Numbered from the stretch's first letter, positions 28,715-39,655 are shown. The stretch is DNA of 64,000 bases from Eubacterium sp. (GCA_963653425.1 CAVJWC010000005.1:937-64936); one strand, 5' to 3'. A program made the numbers and translations. The notes: generated from the sequence alone by a model not told the origin.

Positions 28715-29359
28715 ATGAAAATTATATTGCTCGGAGCGCCCGGATCGGGAAAAGGAACGCAGGCGCAGCTTATCTGTGAAGAGTTTGGACTTCCGCACAT
28801 CAGCAGCGGAGATATTTTCCGTTATAACATAAGCCGCGGCACCGAGCTCGGTAAACTTGCCAAGCAGTACATAGACAGGGGAGAACTCGTCCCCGACGAC
28901 GTTACCATAAAAATGATAACTGAAAGACTCGGCAGAGACGACTGCAGGAACGGTTACGTTCTGGACGGATTTCCGCGTACCATTTCGCAGGCGGAAGACC
29001 TTGCCCGTCACGAGAAAACGGGCGTCGTGCTTGAACTCGAACTTCCTTACGAAGAAGTTCTCCACAGACTTACGGGAAGAAGAAGTTGTCCGTCGTGCGG
29101 TAAGCCTTTCCATATCTCTATGCTCAACGGAAGCGAAGTCTGTCCTTCCTGTGGCGGAAAACTCGTAACCAGAGACGACGATACGGAAGAAACCGTCCGT
29201 AAGCGCCTCGACGTATACGACAGTTTGACCTACCCTCTTTCCGCCTACTACGAAAAGAAGGGCGTTCTGAGAAGAATCAACGGAAGCGGAGACATATCCC
29301 GCATTTTCGGCGAAATCAAAGACGTTCTTACCGAAGAAGAAAATAAAGCCGACGCGTAA
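28715..29359 (+). CDS. adk: adenylate kinase
   Basis: GAPGSGKGTQA P-loop. Zn-lid CPSCG...CPSCGG. Confidence 0.97.
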   Translation: MKIILLGAPGSGKGTQAQLICEEFGLPHISSGDIFRYNISRGTELGKLAKQYIDRGELVPDDVTIKMITERLGRDDCRNGYVLDGFPRTISQAEDLARHEKTGVVLELELPYEEVLHRLTGRRSCPSCGKPFHISMLNGSEVCPSCGGKLVTRDDDTEETVRKRLDVYDSLTYPLSAYYEKKGVLRRINGSGDISRIFGEIKDVLTEEENKADA

Positions 29360-29404
29360 GAATTAACCTTAGCGCAGGTTTTAAGTTATAAAGGGGGCGT
29401 AAAA

Positions 29405-30154
29405 ATGATTATAAACGTAAAAACACCCGAAGAACTTGCAAGAATGAGAGTGGCGTGCAACATAACGCGTGACGTGCTGCTTTTTGCCGAAGAAAAGATA
29501 AAACCCGGAATGACGACGGGCTTTCTCGACAAGATAATAAGAGATTTTATCGAACGTCACGGAGCGACGCCCAGTTTTCTCGATTATCACGGCTATCCGG
29601 CAAGCTCGTGCATAAGTATAAACGACGAAGTCGTGCACGGTATCCCGAACGACGACAGGTATATCGAAGAAGGTATGATAGTCAGCGTGGACGTAGGAGC
29701 CTATATCAACGGTTTCCACGGCGACGCGGCGAGAACTTTTATTATCGGTCAGGTCGATCCCAAGGTTGAAAAGCTCGTTAAGGAAACCAGAGAGAGCTTC
29801 TTTGCGGCTGCCCGTATAGTTAAGCCCGGAGCTACCATAGGCGACATCGGAGCCGCCGTTTCGGGACACGTAAAACCCTTCGGTTACGGCGTGGTGAGAG
29901 AGATGGTAGGTCACGGCATAGGCAGAAACATGCACGAATTCCCCGACGTTCCCAATTACGGCGTAAAAGGAAAGGGCATTAAGTTGGTTGCGGGCAACAC
30001 CATAGCCATCGAACCTATGATAAATCTCGGCACTGCGAGAATTAAATTCATGCCCGACGGCTGGACGGTCAAGACTTACGACGGAAAACCCAGCGCGCAT
30101 TACGAAAACACCGTTCTCGTAACGGAAGAGGGCTGTGAAATACTTACATTGTGA
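29405..30154 (+). CDS. map: type I methionyl aminopeptidase
   Basis: 249 aa. Metal ligand context VDVGAYINGFHGD, HGIGRNMHE and AIEPM. Confidence 0.95.
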   Translation: MIINVKTPEELARMRVACNITRDVLLFAEEKIKPGMTTGFLDKIIRDFIERHGATPSFLDYHGYPASSCISINDEVVHGIPNDDRYIEEGMIVSVDVGAYINGFHGDAARTFIIGQVDPKVEKLVKETRESFFAAARIVKPGATIGDIGAAVSGHVKPFGYGVVREMVGHGIGRNMHEFPDVPNYGVKGKGIKLVAGNTIAIEPMINLGTARIKFMPDGWTVKTYDGKPSAHYENTVLVTEEGCEILTL

Positions 30155-30161
30155 GGAACAG

Positions 30162-30446
30162 ATGAACAGCGACTATCAGCTTAAACGGGGCGATATAGTC
30201 GTAAGTTTCCGCGGACACGACAGAAACAGGTATCTCGTCGTGACGGAAAGCTTCGACGGTTCGGTTATCGTTGCCGACGGAAAAACCCGCCCCATAGAAA
30301 AAGCCAAACAGAAAAACGTCCGCCACGTACGGTTCGTCGGTCATTCGGAGGAGATTGAAAAAGCCTTCGAAGAAAACGGACTTACCGACGCTCTTATAAG
30401 GCGCGTTTTAAGCGAATGCGACAAAACCGCGGTTAAATTCCGCTGA
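30162..30446 (+). CDS. KOW-domain small RNA-binding protein
   Basis: Start moved to ATG 30162 behind [26 protein letters not shown] is KOW-like. The conserved map-KOW-infA position is seen in Firmicutes. Confidence 0.65.
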   Translation: MNSDYQLKRGDIVVSFRGHDRNRYLVVTESFDGSVIVADGKTRPIEKAKQKNVRHVRFVGHSEEIEKAFEENGLTDALIRRVLSECDKTAVKFR

Positions 30447-30472
30447 CAAAAATAAATTCCGACGGAGGATAT

Positions 30473-30712
30473 ATGTCAAAAGATGATGTAATAGAGTTGG
30501 AAGGCGTAGTAACGGAAGCACTTCCCAACGCGAATTTCAAAGTTAAGCTCAGCAACAACCATATCGTTACCGCTTATATTTCGGGTAAGCTTCGTATGAA
30601 CTATATAAAAATACTGCCCGGCGATACGGTTAAGCTCGAACTCAGCCCCTACGACCTCAACAAAGGCAGAATCACCTGGAGAGGCAAAGGCGGAACTCCC
30701 GCCAATAATTAA
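30473..30712 (+). CDS. infA: translation initiation factor IF-1
   Basis: S1-like [26 protein letters not shown]...GRITWR, with a short C-terminal extension. Confidence 0.95.
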   Translation: MSKDDVIELEGVVTEALPNANFKVKLSNNHIVTAYISGKLRMNYIKILPGDTVKLELSPYDLNKGRITWRGKGGTPANN

Positions 30713-30756
30713 AAGTCTTTACGGGCGCGTCTTTTGGCGCGCCGAAAACGACGTAA

Positions 30757-33700
30757 ATGTTCGGCGACTTAAATTTATACGAAAACTACGGTAAAATAGT
30801 CAAAAGCGTCCGCAGCGGAATTCCGACTGCGGTTTTTGGTGTACAGCAAAGCGAAAAATTCTTCCTTACGAGAAGACTGGGGTGCGGATTTTCCTTTTTC
30901 GTAACCAAAGACTTTCTCTCTGCGAAAAAAGCCGTCGAAAGCATGAAAGGCTTCGAATATCTGCCCTTTGCCGACGACGTTCTGCTGTATAAAAGAAACG
31001 CTTCCGCAAGCGTTTATATCGAAATAAACAGAATTCTCTATCTCATGTATTCGGGACTTATCGGCGGAGTCGTCGTCAGCGCGGACGCCGTCACGAGAAA
31101 GTATCCGAAACGCGAAATCTTTTTCGGCAAGTGTTTCGACGTCGAAAAGGGCAGGGATTACGATATAAGAGAAATCGTCCGTAAGCTTATAGACTGCGGT
31201 TATAAAAGAACGCCTCTCGTCGCGACTCACGGAGAATTCAGTTTGAGAGGTGATATTCTCGACGTTTTCTCGCCCCTTTACGACAAGCCCGTAAGAACGG
31301 AGTTTTTCGGGGATACCGTTCAGTCGGTGAGATTTTTCGACGTGGAAGAACACGTTTCCACGGGAGACGCGGACGTTTTCACCGTTATTCCCGTGAGCGA
31401 AATCGTGGAATACAATAACGGCGAAGCTCTTTCTCTTGCGAGCGAAGAGGCAATGAAAGCCAAAGGTCTTTCGCCCGACGCACAAGAGAGGCTGAGAAGC
31501 GTAATTTCCGACCTTAAAAGCGGAGAACCTACCGCGTGGCTTGCGCCCTTTGCGCCTTACGACGATATATCGCGCTACTTTCCTCCCGAAACGGTAGTGG
31601 TTCTTGACGAACCCAAAGTCATAGGCGAAAGACTGGATACCGTTTACGGCGAACATCAAAGACGATGCGGATACCTTACCGAACGCGGAGAAATAACCGT
31701 TAAGGGCGTAGAAACGCTTATAGACGAAGAAAGCGTTAAAAAAGCTCTTCTCTCGACCGAAAGAAGTCTGTCTTTTCAGCTTCTTACGGCAGAAAGCTTC
31801 TTTAAGCCCAAGGAAGTCCTGTCGGTAAGTTCTTCTGCCGTCCCGAGTTACAGAGGAGACGCGGGAAGACTTGCCACGGACGTTAAAAACTGGTCGGCTA
31901 ACGGCTATAAAGTAGGTATCTACGCAGGTAACAGGGAAAAAGCCGAACGCGTTTTCAGGGAACTCTATTCCGAAGGGGTTACGACAGACGTTGCCGAAAC
32001 TTCCGACTGTTCTCTCGTTAACCCGACGGTACTTCCGTTTTCTTTTCCGGAAGGCTTTGTAAGTCATTCGGATAAGCTCGTTTTAATAGGCGACGACAGA
32101 GTTTTTACCCAGACGCACGAACAGACCAGGAGACTTAAAAAGACTGCGAGACAGGCGTTTTTCGCGGTGGAAGCGGGCGATTACGTCGTTCACGAAGTCC
32201 ACGGCGTCGGACTTTGCGTAGGAACGACCACCATGAAGGGCGAATACGGCGAAAAGGATTACATCGTCGTAAAGTACAGGAACAACGATACTCTTTACGT
32301 TCCCGTAGAAGTCAGCGACCTTCTCAGTAAATATAGCGGAGGAGAAGCCCATCCCAAACTCAGCGCGCTCGGCGGAGGAGAGTTCGAAAGAACCAAAGCC
32401 AAGGTCAGAGAAGGACTTAAAAAACTTGCGATAGACCTTCTCGCTCTCTATAAAGAAAGGCTTAAACCGCGCGGTTTCGTTTATAAAAGCGACGCTTTTC
32501 TGGAAGAAAGTTTTGCCGAAGCCTTCCCTTACACCGAAACCGACGACCAACTGCGGTGTATAGAGGAGATAAACAGGGATTTGTCTGCGGACAGAATAAT
32601 GGACAGACTGCTTGTCGGCGACGTGGGATTCGGAAAGACGGAAGTGGCTATGCGCGCCGTTTTCAGAGTGGTTTCCAACGGCAAACAGGCTATCGTTCTT
32701 GCGCCAACGACCATTCTTTCCCAGCAACACTACGAAACGATGAAAGCCCGTTTCGAACCTTTCGGCCTGACCGTCGCTTGCCTTAACCGTTTCCGCTCCG
32801 CCGGCGAACAAAAAGAGATTATCGCCAAAATCGAAAGAGGCGAGATAAACGTGGTTATAGGCACGCACAGACTTCTCAACAAGACTATCCGCTACAAAGA
32901 CGCGGGAATTCTCGTTCTCGACGAAGAACATCGTTTCGGCGTGGAACACAAGGAAATTCTTAAAACCGTGAATACGGGAATAGACGTTCTGAGTATGTCC
33001 GCAACCCCCATTCCGAGAACGCTTCATATGGCTTTGTCGGGAATAAGAGACGTTTCCACCATAACGACGCCCCCGGGAGGAAGACTTCCCGTGGAAAGTT
33101 ACGTGGTGGAAGATTCGCCCGCGCTCATAAGGGACGTCGTTTTAAGAGAAATCGCCCGTGGCGGACAGGTTTTCGTGGTGTATAACAGAGTCGAGAGTAT
33201 AGAAGCCTTTTCGCAGAGAATGAGAGACATCCTTCCCGAAGTTTCGCTGAGAATCGCTCACGGACAGATGAACGAACACCAGCTCGAAAAGACGGTGTAC
33301 GATTTTGCAAAGAAAGAATTCGACGTTCTTATATCCACCACAATAATAGAAAACGGCATAGACATTCCCAACGCCAACACGCTCATAGTCTACGACGCCG
33401 ACAATCTCGGACTTTCTCAGCTCTATCAGCTCAGGGGAAGAGTAGGAAGAAGCAACAGACTGGGTTTTGCCTATTTCGTTTACAGAGGAACGCTTACGGC
33501 AACCGCTTATAAACGGCTTACGTCCATTATGGAAAACACCGAACTGGGAAGCGGTTTCAAGATAGCCGTAAAAGACCTCGAAATAAGGGGCGCAGGCAAC
33601 GTTCTCGGAAAAGAACAGCACGGACATATGGCTAAGGTAGGTACCGAAACCTATATGAAACTTCTCGGCGAAGCTCTTTCCGAAGTCAAAGGCGAACCCG

Positions 33701-34188
33701 TTATACGCGAGATTAAAACCACTATGGAAGCCGACGTGGACGCTCACGTTCCCACGGATTATATAGGCGAACTCTCTCAGCGAATGGAATTTTACCAGCG
33801 AATGGCTTACGTTTCTTCCAAAAAAGAGAGAACGGCTCTCGAAAAGGAACTCAAAGACGTTTACGGCAATCTTCCTCAGGCGGTTGTAAACCTTCTCGAC
33901 GTCGCCGAACTCAAAGCCGTCGCCTCCAAAATAGGCGTGAGCGACGTAATCATAAATAAAAAACTTTTCGCCTTGAAATTCGTTTCTATGGAAAGAATAG
34001 GCGAAGAGGGCGTTCAGTACGCGTTGAAACGCTTCGGAAAACGCGCCGTTCTTACCGTTTCGGAAGACGGAAACGTTATGGTAAAGCTGGAATTTCAGGG
34101 TAAGAGCGAAAGATACGGACTTACCGCGCTCAAAGCTTTCTGCGAAACGGCTTATGCGGTGCAGAACGAAGAAAAGTCCGCCGTGTAA
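30757..34188 (+). CDS. mfd: transcription-repair coupling factor
   Basis: 1143 aa. UvrB-homology N-terminus, CarD-like RNAP-interaction domain, and SF2 translocase motifs GDVGFGKTEVA, DEEHRFGV and QLRGRVGRS. No clear RBS, so the exact start is uncertain. Confidence 0.93.
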   Translation: MFGDLNLYENYGKIVKSVRSGIPTAVFGVQQSEKFFLTRRLGCGFSFFVTKDFLSAKKAVESMKGFEYLPFADDVLLYKRNASASVYIEINRILYLMYSGLIGGVVVSADAVTRKYPKREIFFGKCFDVEKGRDYDIREIVRKLIDCGYKRTPLVATHGEFSLRGDILDVFSPLYDKPVRTEFFGDTVQSVRFFDVEEHVSTGDADVFTVIPVSEIVEYNNGEALSLASEEAMKAKGLSPDAQERLRSVISDLKSGEPTAWLAPFAPYDDISRYFPPETVVVLDEPKVIGERLDTVYGEHQRRCGYLTERGEITVKGVETLIDEESVKKALLSTERSLSFQLLTAESFFKPKEVLSVSSSAVPSYRGDAGRLATDVKNWSANGYKVGIYAGNREKAERVFRELYSEGVTTDVAETSDCSLVNPTVLPFSFPEGFVSHSDKLVLIGDDRVFTQTHEQTRRLKKTARQAFFAVEAGDYVVHEVHGVGLCVGTTTMKGEYGEKDYIVVKYRNNDTLYVPVEVSDLLSKYSGGEAHPKLSALGGGEFERTKAKVREGLKKLAIDLLALYKERLKPRGFVYKSDAFLEESFAEAFPYTETDDQLRCIEEINRDLSADRIMDRLLVGDVGFGKTEVAMRAVFRVVSNGKQAIVLAPTTILSQQHYETMKARFEPFGLTVACLNRFRSAGEQKEIIAKIERGEINVVIGTHRLLNKTIRYKDAGILVLDEEHRFGVEHKEILKTVNTGIDVLSMSATPIPRTLHMALSGIRDVSTITTPPGGRLPVESYVVEDSPALIRDVVLREIARGGQVFVVYNRVESIEAFSQRMRDILPEVSLRIAHGQMNEHQLEKTVYDFAKKEFDVLISTTIIENGIDIPNANTLIVYDADNLGLSQLYQLRGRVGRSNRLGFAYFVYRGTLTATAYKRLTSIMENTELGSGFKIAVKDLEIRGAGNVLGKEQHGHMAKVGTETYMKLLGEALSEVKGEPVIREIKTTMEADVDAHVPTDYIGELSQRMEFYQRMAYVSSKKERTALEKELKDVYGNLPQAVVNLLDVAELKAVASKIGVSDVIINKKLFALKFVSMERIGEEGVQYALKRFGKRAVLTVSEDGNVMVKLEFQGKSERYGLTALKAFCETAYAVQNEEKSAV

Positions 34189-34494
34189 ACCTACGTTTTT
34201 CGGGCGGAAAGGGAAGGCATCAATAAGGGCGATTTTTTCGTAAACGGGCGGAAAATCACGCAAAAATCGGCTGTTTTTCGCGGAAAAACCCACGAAAGAT
34301 TAAAATTTGAAAAAAAGTTGCTTAAAACGATTGCACTTTGACGAAAAAACAAGTATAATTAAACGCGCGGTTCTATTTTTTTACGGCACCGCAGGCGTTC
34401 CGCTACTTATCCTGTGGTCGGGCGCGACGGAAAAAAGAAAGCACAAAAACAAAGCATTCATCGAAAGATGTAAATGAAAAGGAGCAGCAGAGCT

Positions 34495-36219
34495 ATGAAG
34501 AAATTCATGAAGTACTTATGTATGATTTTGGCGGTAGTAACGGTCTTTGCCCTTGCGGCGGGATGTTCTATGTTTCAGCAGAACGAAGAACGCTATCGCA
34601 AACAGACGGCAATCAAAGTCGGCGACGAGATAATCACCGTTCAGGAAGTTACCGAATTTTTCGAATCCAACGGCGCTACGTACATTCAGTACGGTTACGA
34701 CGCACAGAGCGTATGGGATTCTCTTATCCACCAGTATATCGCTCAGATGATAGCCGTAAACGAATATAAACAAAATTCTTCCGTAAAGACTTACGACGGC
34801 GAGCTTAACCGTAAATACAAAAACGGCGAATACCTCACCAACGACGATCTGCTTTATTTTGAAAAGAAAGTTCAGCTCAGCGTTCTCAATACGCTCGATT
34901 CTCTTCTCGAAACGGTTTTCACCGACGCCGGATACACTTTTGATTCCGCTTCCGACGAACGCGCGGAAGAAACAGAAATAAAAATAACCGAAGACCTTTC
35001 CTGGACCAACAGAAACAACACGCTCAACATGAAGACCGCAGAAGAAAGTCTCGAAGCGTATAAGGTTCAGAAGGACAACGTTTCCATCGAGTACGTTTAC
35101 ACCGATATGGAAGACGCCCGTCTTCTTAAAGCCGTAAAGGCTCTTAACGACAGAATCAGCAACGACAAAGACGAAATCTCGGTTGACTCCTACGTAGAAG
35201 CTCAGAAAGAAGCTTACCGCGAATTCAAACAGGGTATTTCCGCTTATTACGACAGCGTTTCCGCTTATCTTGCGGCAAGCGTGGAAGTAGTGGTTCGTCA
35301 ACAGCTCTATATCGATTACCAGACCAACAAATATTCCGGTATCGAAAAAGAATCGGAATTCAGAACCAGACTTACCGCTAAACTCAACAACCTCATAGCT
35401 CAGGATAAAGAAAAGTATTCTCTTAATCCTTCCTCTTTCGAAACCTTCGTAACCGGTCTTTCCGATACCTCTTTCATCTATTACGTTCCCGAACAGTACG
35501 CAGGAAAGTACGGCTTCGTAAAGAACCTTCTCATTCCGTTCAGCGACGAACAGAGCAAGATTCTTACAAGCTACTCTTCGGCTTTCGGTTCGACCAGCGA
35601 CGTTTATCTTGCAAAGAGAGCGGAACTCGCTAAAGAAATCGTAGTTACCGACTTCATCGACGCTCCCGACGCAAAAGACAGCGAAAAGGCTTCCGCAGGC
35701 TTCACTATCGACGGTTATCAGGTTAACGGTTCCGAATTCTTTGCCGACAAGCTCAACGGAGTTACCGCAGACGGATTCGTAGAGCTTATGTTCAGATACA
35801 ACACCGATACGGCTCAGCACAATAAAGCTTACGACTACGTTATCGCAAAAGAAGCTCCCGACGCTTCCGGCACGGCTGACAAGTGGGTTACCGAATTCGC
35901 AGCCGAAGCGAGAAGACTTGCCAACGAAGGCGTCGTCGGCGGTATAGGTTACGCTCTTACCGATTACGGCGTACACATTCTGTTCTACTCGGGCGACGTT
36001 ACGGCAGACACATTCGACTGGGACGAAGCTCTTAAAGATCAGAAGGGCGCAGGCACCGCTTCCTACCGATTCTATAAGACTTATCTCGACGCGGTTAAAT
36101 CTTCCTACTACAGCGACCTTATGGACGAAACTTATAAGGAATACGAAAGCGCAAAGAAGATAACGATTTATAAGAACGTACTCAAGAGCTATTGCAGCGG
36201 TTACGGCATAGAGCTGTAA
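34495..36219 (+). CDS. lipoprotein, weakly PrsA/SurA-like (putative foldase)
   Basis: Start preferred at ATG 34495 (AAAGGAG upstream). Lipobox LAAGC. SurA_N-like IKVGDEIITVQEV. C-terminal YALTDYGVHILFYSG resembles a degenerate parvulin core. A PPIase is commonly found downstream of mfd in Firmicutes. Confidence 0.55.
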   Translation: MKKFMKYLCMILAVVTVFALAAGCSMFQQNEERYRKQTAIKVGDEIITVQEVTEFFESNGATYIQYGYDAQSVWDSLIHQYIAQMIAVNEYKQNSSVKTYDGELNRKYKNGEYLTNDDLLYFEKKVQLSVLNTLDSLLETVFTDAGYTFDSASDERAEETEIKITEDLSWTNRNNTLNMKTAEESLEAYKVQKDNVSIEYVYTDMEDARLLKAVKALNDRISNDKDEISVDSYVEAQKEAYREFKQGISAYYDSVSAYLAASVEVVVRQQLYIDYQTNKYSGIEKESEFRTRLTAKLNNLIAQDKEKYSLNPSSFETFVTGLSDTSFIYYVPEQYAGKYGFVKNLLIPFSDEQSKILTSYSSAFGSTSDVYLAKRAELAKEIVVTDFIDAPDAKDSEKASAGFTIDGYQVNGSEFFADKLNGVTADGFVELMFRYNTDTAQHNKAYDYVIAKEAPDASGTADKWVTEFAAEARRLANEGVVGGIGYALTDYGVHILFYSGDVTADTFDWDEALKDQKGAGTASYRFYKTYLDAVKSSYYSDLMDETYKEYESAKKITIYKNVLKSYCSGYGIEL

Positions 36220-36243
36220 AAAATCGTTTCATTCAGCCCGAAA

Positions 36244-36272
36244 GGATTGAATTTCGTATTCAATCCTTTTTT
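36244..36272 (+). terminator. rho-independent terminator
   Basis: ggattgaat-ttcgt-attcaatcc followed by tttttt. Confidence 0.7.
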
Positions 36273-36366
36273 GTTGTAATCCGTATTTCGCTTAAATCTT
36301 AATTCCCCTGAATGCGGGTAATTTGCGCTCGCGTAACTGCGGGCTGTCTGCCTGCGCGGAGGTAAT

Positions 36367-37203
36367 ATGCAGGAAGTAATAAAATTCAGCGACGTATTTT
36401 TCCGTTACGGAGAGGACGAAGAAGAACGCTTCGCCCTTAACGGCGTTTCCTTTTCGGTAAACAAAGGGGAATTCGTCGCGCTCGTCGGTCATAACGGTAG
36501 CGGAAAATCCACCATAGCCAAGCTTACCAACGGACTTCTGACTCCTACCGAAGGAAAGATTGCCGTGTACGGAATGGATACTGCCGACGAATCGCAGAAA
36601 AAGGAAATCAGAAGAAAGGTCGGTATGGTCTTTCAGAATCCCGATAACCAGATGGTCGCGGGTATAGTCGAAGACGACGTGGCTTTCGGTCCCGAGAACG
36701 TGGGAATGCCGAGAGAAGAGATAGTGGAAGCGGTAGAATGGGCTCTTAAAAGCGTAGGTATGTACGAATACCGCGAAAGGACTTCCCATAAGCTTTCGGG
36801 CGGACAGAAGCAGAGAATAGCCATAGCGGGCGTTCTTGCGATAAAACCCGATATTCTCGTTCTCGACGAAAGTACGGCTATGCTCGATCCCATAGGCAGA
36901 AGCGAAGTTATGAACGTCGTAACCAAGCTCCGCCGTGAAAACGGACTTACGGTTATAAGCATAACGCATTTTATGGACGAAGTTACCGAAGCAGACAGAG
37001 TTATCGTCCTTAACGAAGGCAAAGTAGTAACGACGGGTACGCCCACGGAAATTTTCCGCCAAAGCGAAATGTTACGCTCCATAGGTCTCGAACCGCCGAG
37101 AGCCGTTGCGCTTGCGGAAAGACTCAGAAAGGAAGGAATGCCGATTAAAGAAGATATAACGGGCGCGGTCAGCCTCGGAGAAGAGATATGTCGATTGTTG
37201 TAA
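36367..37203 (+). CDS. ecfA1: energy-coupling factor transporter ATPase
   Basis: GHNGSGKST, LSGGQKQR and LVLDESTAMLD motifs. First gene of the ecfA-ecfA-ecfT-truA arrangement. Confidence 0.9.
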   Translation: MQEVIKFSDVFFRYGEDEEERFALNGVSFSVNKGEFVALVGHNGSGKSTIAKLTNGLLTPTEGKIAVYGMDTADESQKKEIRRKVGMVFQNPDNQMVAGIVEDDVAFGPENVGMPREEIVEAVEWALKSVGMYEYRERTSHKLSGGQKQRIAIAGVLAIKPDILVLDESTAMLDPIGRSEVMNVVTKLRRENGLTVISITHFMDEVTEADRVIVLNEGKVVTTGTPTEIFRQSEMLRSIGLEPPRAVALAERLRKEGMPIKEDITGAVSLGEEICRLL

Positions 37204-38042
37204 AAAATCTTTCCTATACCTATAATCCGGGAACGCCTTTTGAAAAACAGGCTCTCAAAAACCTTTCTCTTACGGTAGAGAAGGGAGAGTTTCTGTGTAT
37301 AGTAGGTCATACGGGTAGCGGAAAATCCACCTTTATTCAGCATCTTAACGGGCTTATTAAGCTTCAGACGGGCGAAATAACGGTGGAGGGTATTCCGCTT
37401 GCCGTAAAAAAGCCCGACTACAAAACGCTGAGAAGCAAAGTGGGTATGGTTTTCCAGTACCCCGAATATCAGCTTTTTGCCGATACCGTCGAAAAAGACG
37501 TGGCTTTCGGACCAAAGAACATGAAACTTCCCGAAGAGGAGATAAAAACGCGCGTGGACGAAGCCATTCGTCTCGTAGGGCTTAATCCCGAGAAGTTCCT
37601 CGATAAGTCTCCCTTCGAGCTTTCGGGCGGAGAAAAAAGAAGAGTAGCCATAGCGGGCGTTCTTGCGATGAACCCCGAAGTTCTTGTTCTCGACGAACCC
37701 ACCGCAGGTCTCGATCCGAGAGGAAAGAAAGAGATTCTCTCGCTTATAAAGAAACTTAACCGCGAAAAGCAGATGACTATAATCATGGTCAACCACGACA
37801 TGAACGAAGCTTCCGAGTACGCCGACAGAATAGCCGTTATGTACGAAAGCGAACTTCTGAAATGCGACGTTCCGACGAAGATGTTCGACGACCTCGGCTT
37901 TCTTTCGAGAGTGGGACTGGAAATGCCTCAGATGGCTGTTCTTCGCAATTATCTCAGAGAAAAAGGGTACGAAATCGGCGACGATTGTCTTACCGTGGAC
38001 AAAATGGCAGAATGCATTCTCAGGCTTTGGAGGAATAAGTAA
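37188..38042 (+). CDS. ecfA2: energy-coupling factor transporter ATPase
   Basis: GHTGSGKST, LSGGEKRR and LVLDEPTAGLD motifs. Overlaps ecfA1 by 16 nt. Confidence 0.9.
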   Translation: MSIVVKNLSYTYNPGTPFEKQALKNLSLTVEKGEFLCIVGHTGSGKSTFIQHLNGLIKLQTGEITVEGIPLAVKKPDYKTLRSKVGMVFQYPEYQLFADTVEKDVAFGPKNMKLPEEEIKTRVDEAIRLVGLNPEKFLDKSPFELSGGEKRRVAIAGVLAMNPEVLVLDEPTAGLDPRGKKEILSLIKKLNREKQMTIIMVNHDMNEASEYADRIAVMYESELLKCDVPTKMFDDLGFLSRVGLEMPQMAVLRNYLREKGYEIGDDCLTVDKMAECILRLWRNK

Positions 38043-38882
38043 ATGTTTCGCGACGTAACGTTCGGGCAGTATTATCCCGTAAAAAGCTTCGTTCATTCGA
38101 TGGACCCGAGAAGCAAGCTTATTCTGATGATCGTTTATATGGTCGTCGTGTTTATGGCGGACAGCTTTTTCTCCTATATTTACGTGGCTCTTATGCTTGC
38201 GCTTATGATAAGTTGTTCGCGCCTGCCTCTTAAAACCGTTGTAAAAACCGTAAAACCCGTTCTCATTCTGGTAGTTTTAACGGCAATCATAAACCTTCTC
38301 TTCATATCCGAAGGGAACGTAGTCTTTTCCTGGTGGATAATCACCGTAACCGACGGCGGGCTTATCTTTGCGGGAAAGATGGTGCTTCGTCTGGTATTTC
38401 TCGTTATGGGTTCTTCCATTTTAACGCTTACCACCACGCCCGTGGATCTGACGCACGCGCTCGAAAGTCTCCTTAAGCCCCTTAACGCCATTAAGTTCCC
38501 CGTGTATATGCTTGCGCTTATAATGAGTATCGCGCTTAAATCCATTCCCATTCTTATGGACGAAACGGACAGAATAATCCGCGCACAGAAATCCAGAGGA
38601 GCGGACTTCGACACGGGCGGAATAATAAAGCGCGCCAAGGCTTTTATCCCCGTGCTTATTCCTTTGCTTATCTCGGCTCTCAGAAGCGCGGACGAACTTG
38701 CTTCGGCTATGGACAGCAGATGTTTCGGTTATACGCAGAACCGCACCAAGATGAAACGGCTTAAATTCACGAAAAACGACCTTATCGGAACGCTCGTTAT
38801 GGTCGCGATAATAACCGTTATGCTCTACTTCAAGTACAGTAAAGGCGTCTACGGCGAAGTTATGCCCTGGATGTATTTTTAA
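38043..38882 (+). CDS. ecfT: energy-coupling factor transporter transmembrane component
   Basis: Polytopic. IIRAQKSRGADF coupling-helix motif. Its start abuts the ecfA2 stop. Confidence 0.9.
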   Translation: MFRDVTFGQYYPVKSFVHSMDPRSKLILMIVYMVVVFMADSFFSYIYVALMLALMISCSRLPLKTVVKTVKPVLILVVLTAIINLLFISEGNVVFSWWIITVTDGGLIFAGKMVLRLVFLVMGSSILTLTTTPVDLTHALESLLKPLNAIKFPVYMLALIMSIALKSIPILMDETDRIIRAQKSRGADFDTGGIIKRAKAFIPVLIPLLISALRSADELASAMDSRCFGYTQNRTKMKRLKFTKNDLIGTLVMVAIITVMLYFKYSKGVYGEVMPWMYF

Positions 38883-38887
38883 GTCCT

Positions 38888-39655
38888 ATGAGAAATCTCG
38901 TTCTGATAATCGAATACGACGGCTCGGCTTTTTGCGGTTGGCAGGTTCAGCCCGATAAAGAAACCGTTCAGGGAAGAGTGGAACAGGCTTTATTCGAGAC
39001 GCTCGGCCATAAAGTCCGTCTTACCGCCAGCGGAAGAACGGACGTCGGAGTTCACGCAAAAGGTCAGGTGGCTAACTTCTATACGGAAAATCCCATTTCC
39101 TGTTATAAGCTTCCGCTTGCTCTGAACGTCAGGATTTATCCGCATATAGCGGTAAAGGACTGTTTCGAAGTCCCGCTTGCCTTCGATTCGAGGCGTTCGG
39201 CTAAGAAAAAGACCTACTGTTATCGCCTTTACTGTTCGAGAACGCCCAGCCCCCTAAGAGACAACACCCACTGTCAGGTGTATAAACGGCTCGACGTTTC
39301 CAAAATGAAACAAGCCGCCGAATACCTTCAGGGAAGACACGACTTTTCGGCTTTCTGCGCGACGGGCGGAAGTTCGGTAACTACCGAAAGAGAAGTCTAT
39401 TCCTGCCGTGTTGAAGCTTTTGCCGACACGGTGGAAATCTACGTCACGGGAAGCGCCTTTCTGTACAATATGGTAAGAATAATCGCGGGGACGCTCGTGG
39501 ACGTAGGTTCGGGTAAAATTCCTCCCGAAGAAGTCAGAGAGATTCTTCTTTCCCGCGACAGAAGAAGAGCGGGTAAAACCCTTAAAGCGGGCGGACTTAC
39601 CCTCGAAAGCGTGGAATACGACTTCGCTTCCGATTTTAACGTGTATAACGTCTGA
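38888..39655 (+). CDS. truA: tRNA pseudouridine(38-40) synthase
   Basis: GWQVQP, GRTDVGVHA and FLYNMVRIIAGTL motifs. Confidence 0.93.
   Translation: MRNLVLIIEYDGSAFCGWQVQPDKETVQGRVEQALFETLGHKVRLTASGRTDVGVHAKGQVANFYTENPISCYKLPLALNVRIYPHIAVKDCFEVPLAFDSRRSAKKKTYCYRLYCSRTPSPLRDNTHCQVYKRLDVSKMKQAAEYLQGRHDFSAFCATGGSSVTTEREVYSCRVEAFADTVEIYVTGSAFLYNMVRIIAGTLVDVGSGKIPPEEVREILLSRDRRRAGKTLKAGGLTLESVEYDFASDFNVYNV

Noticed and set aside
30713-30756. GC-rich palindrome gggcgcg...gcgcgcc after infA as a terminator
   Set aside because: No downstream T-run follows it. mfd starts about 10 nt later, so read-through is likely.
36633-38096. 487-aa minus-strand ORF spanning ecfA1/ecfA2
   Set aside because: Antisense shadow ORF crossing a gene boundary. 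The sense strand encodes two canonical ABC ATPases.
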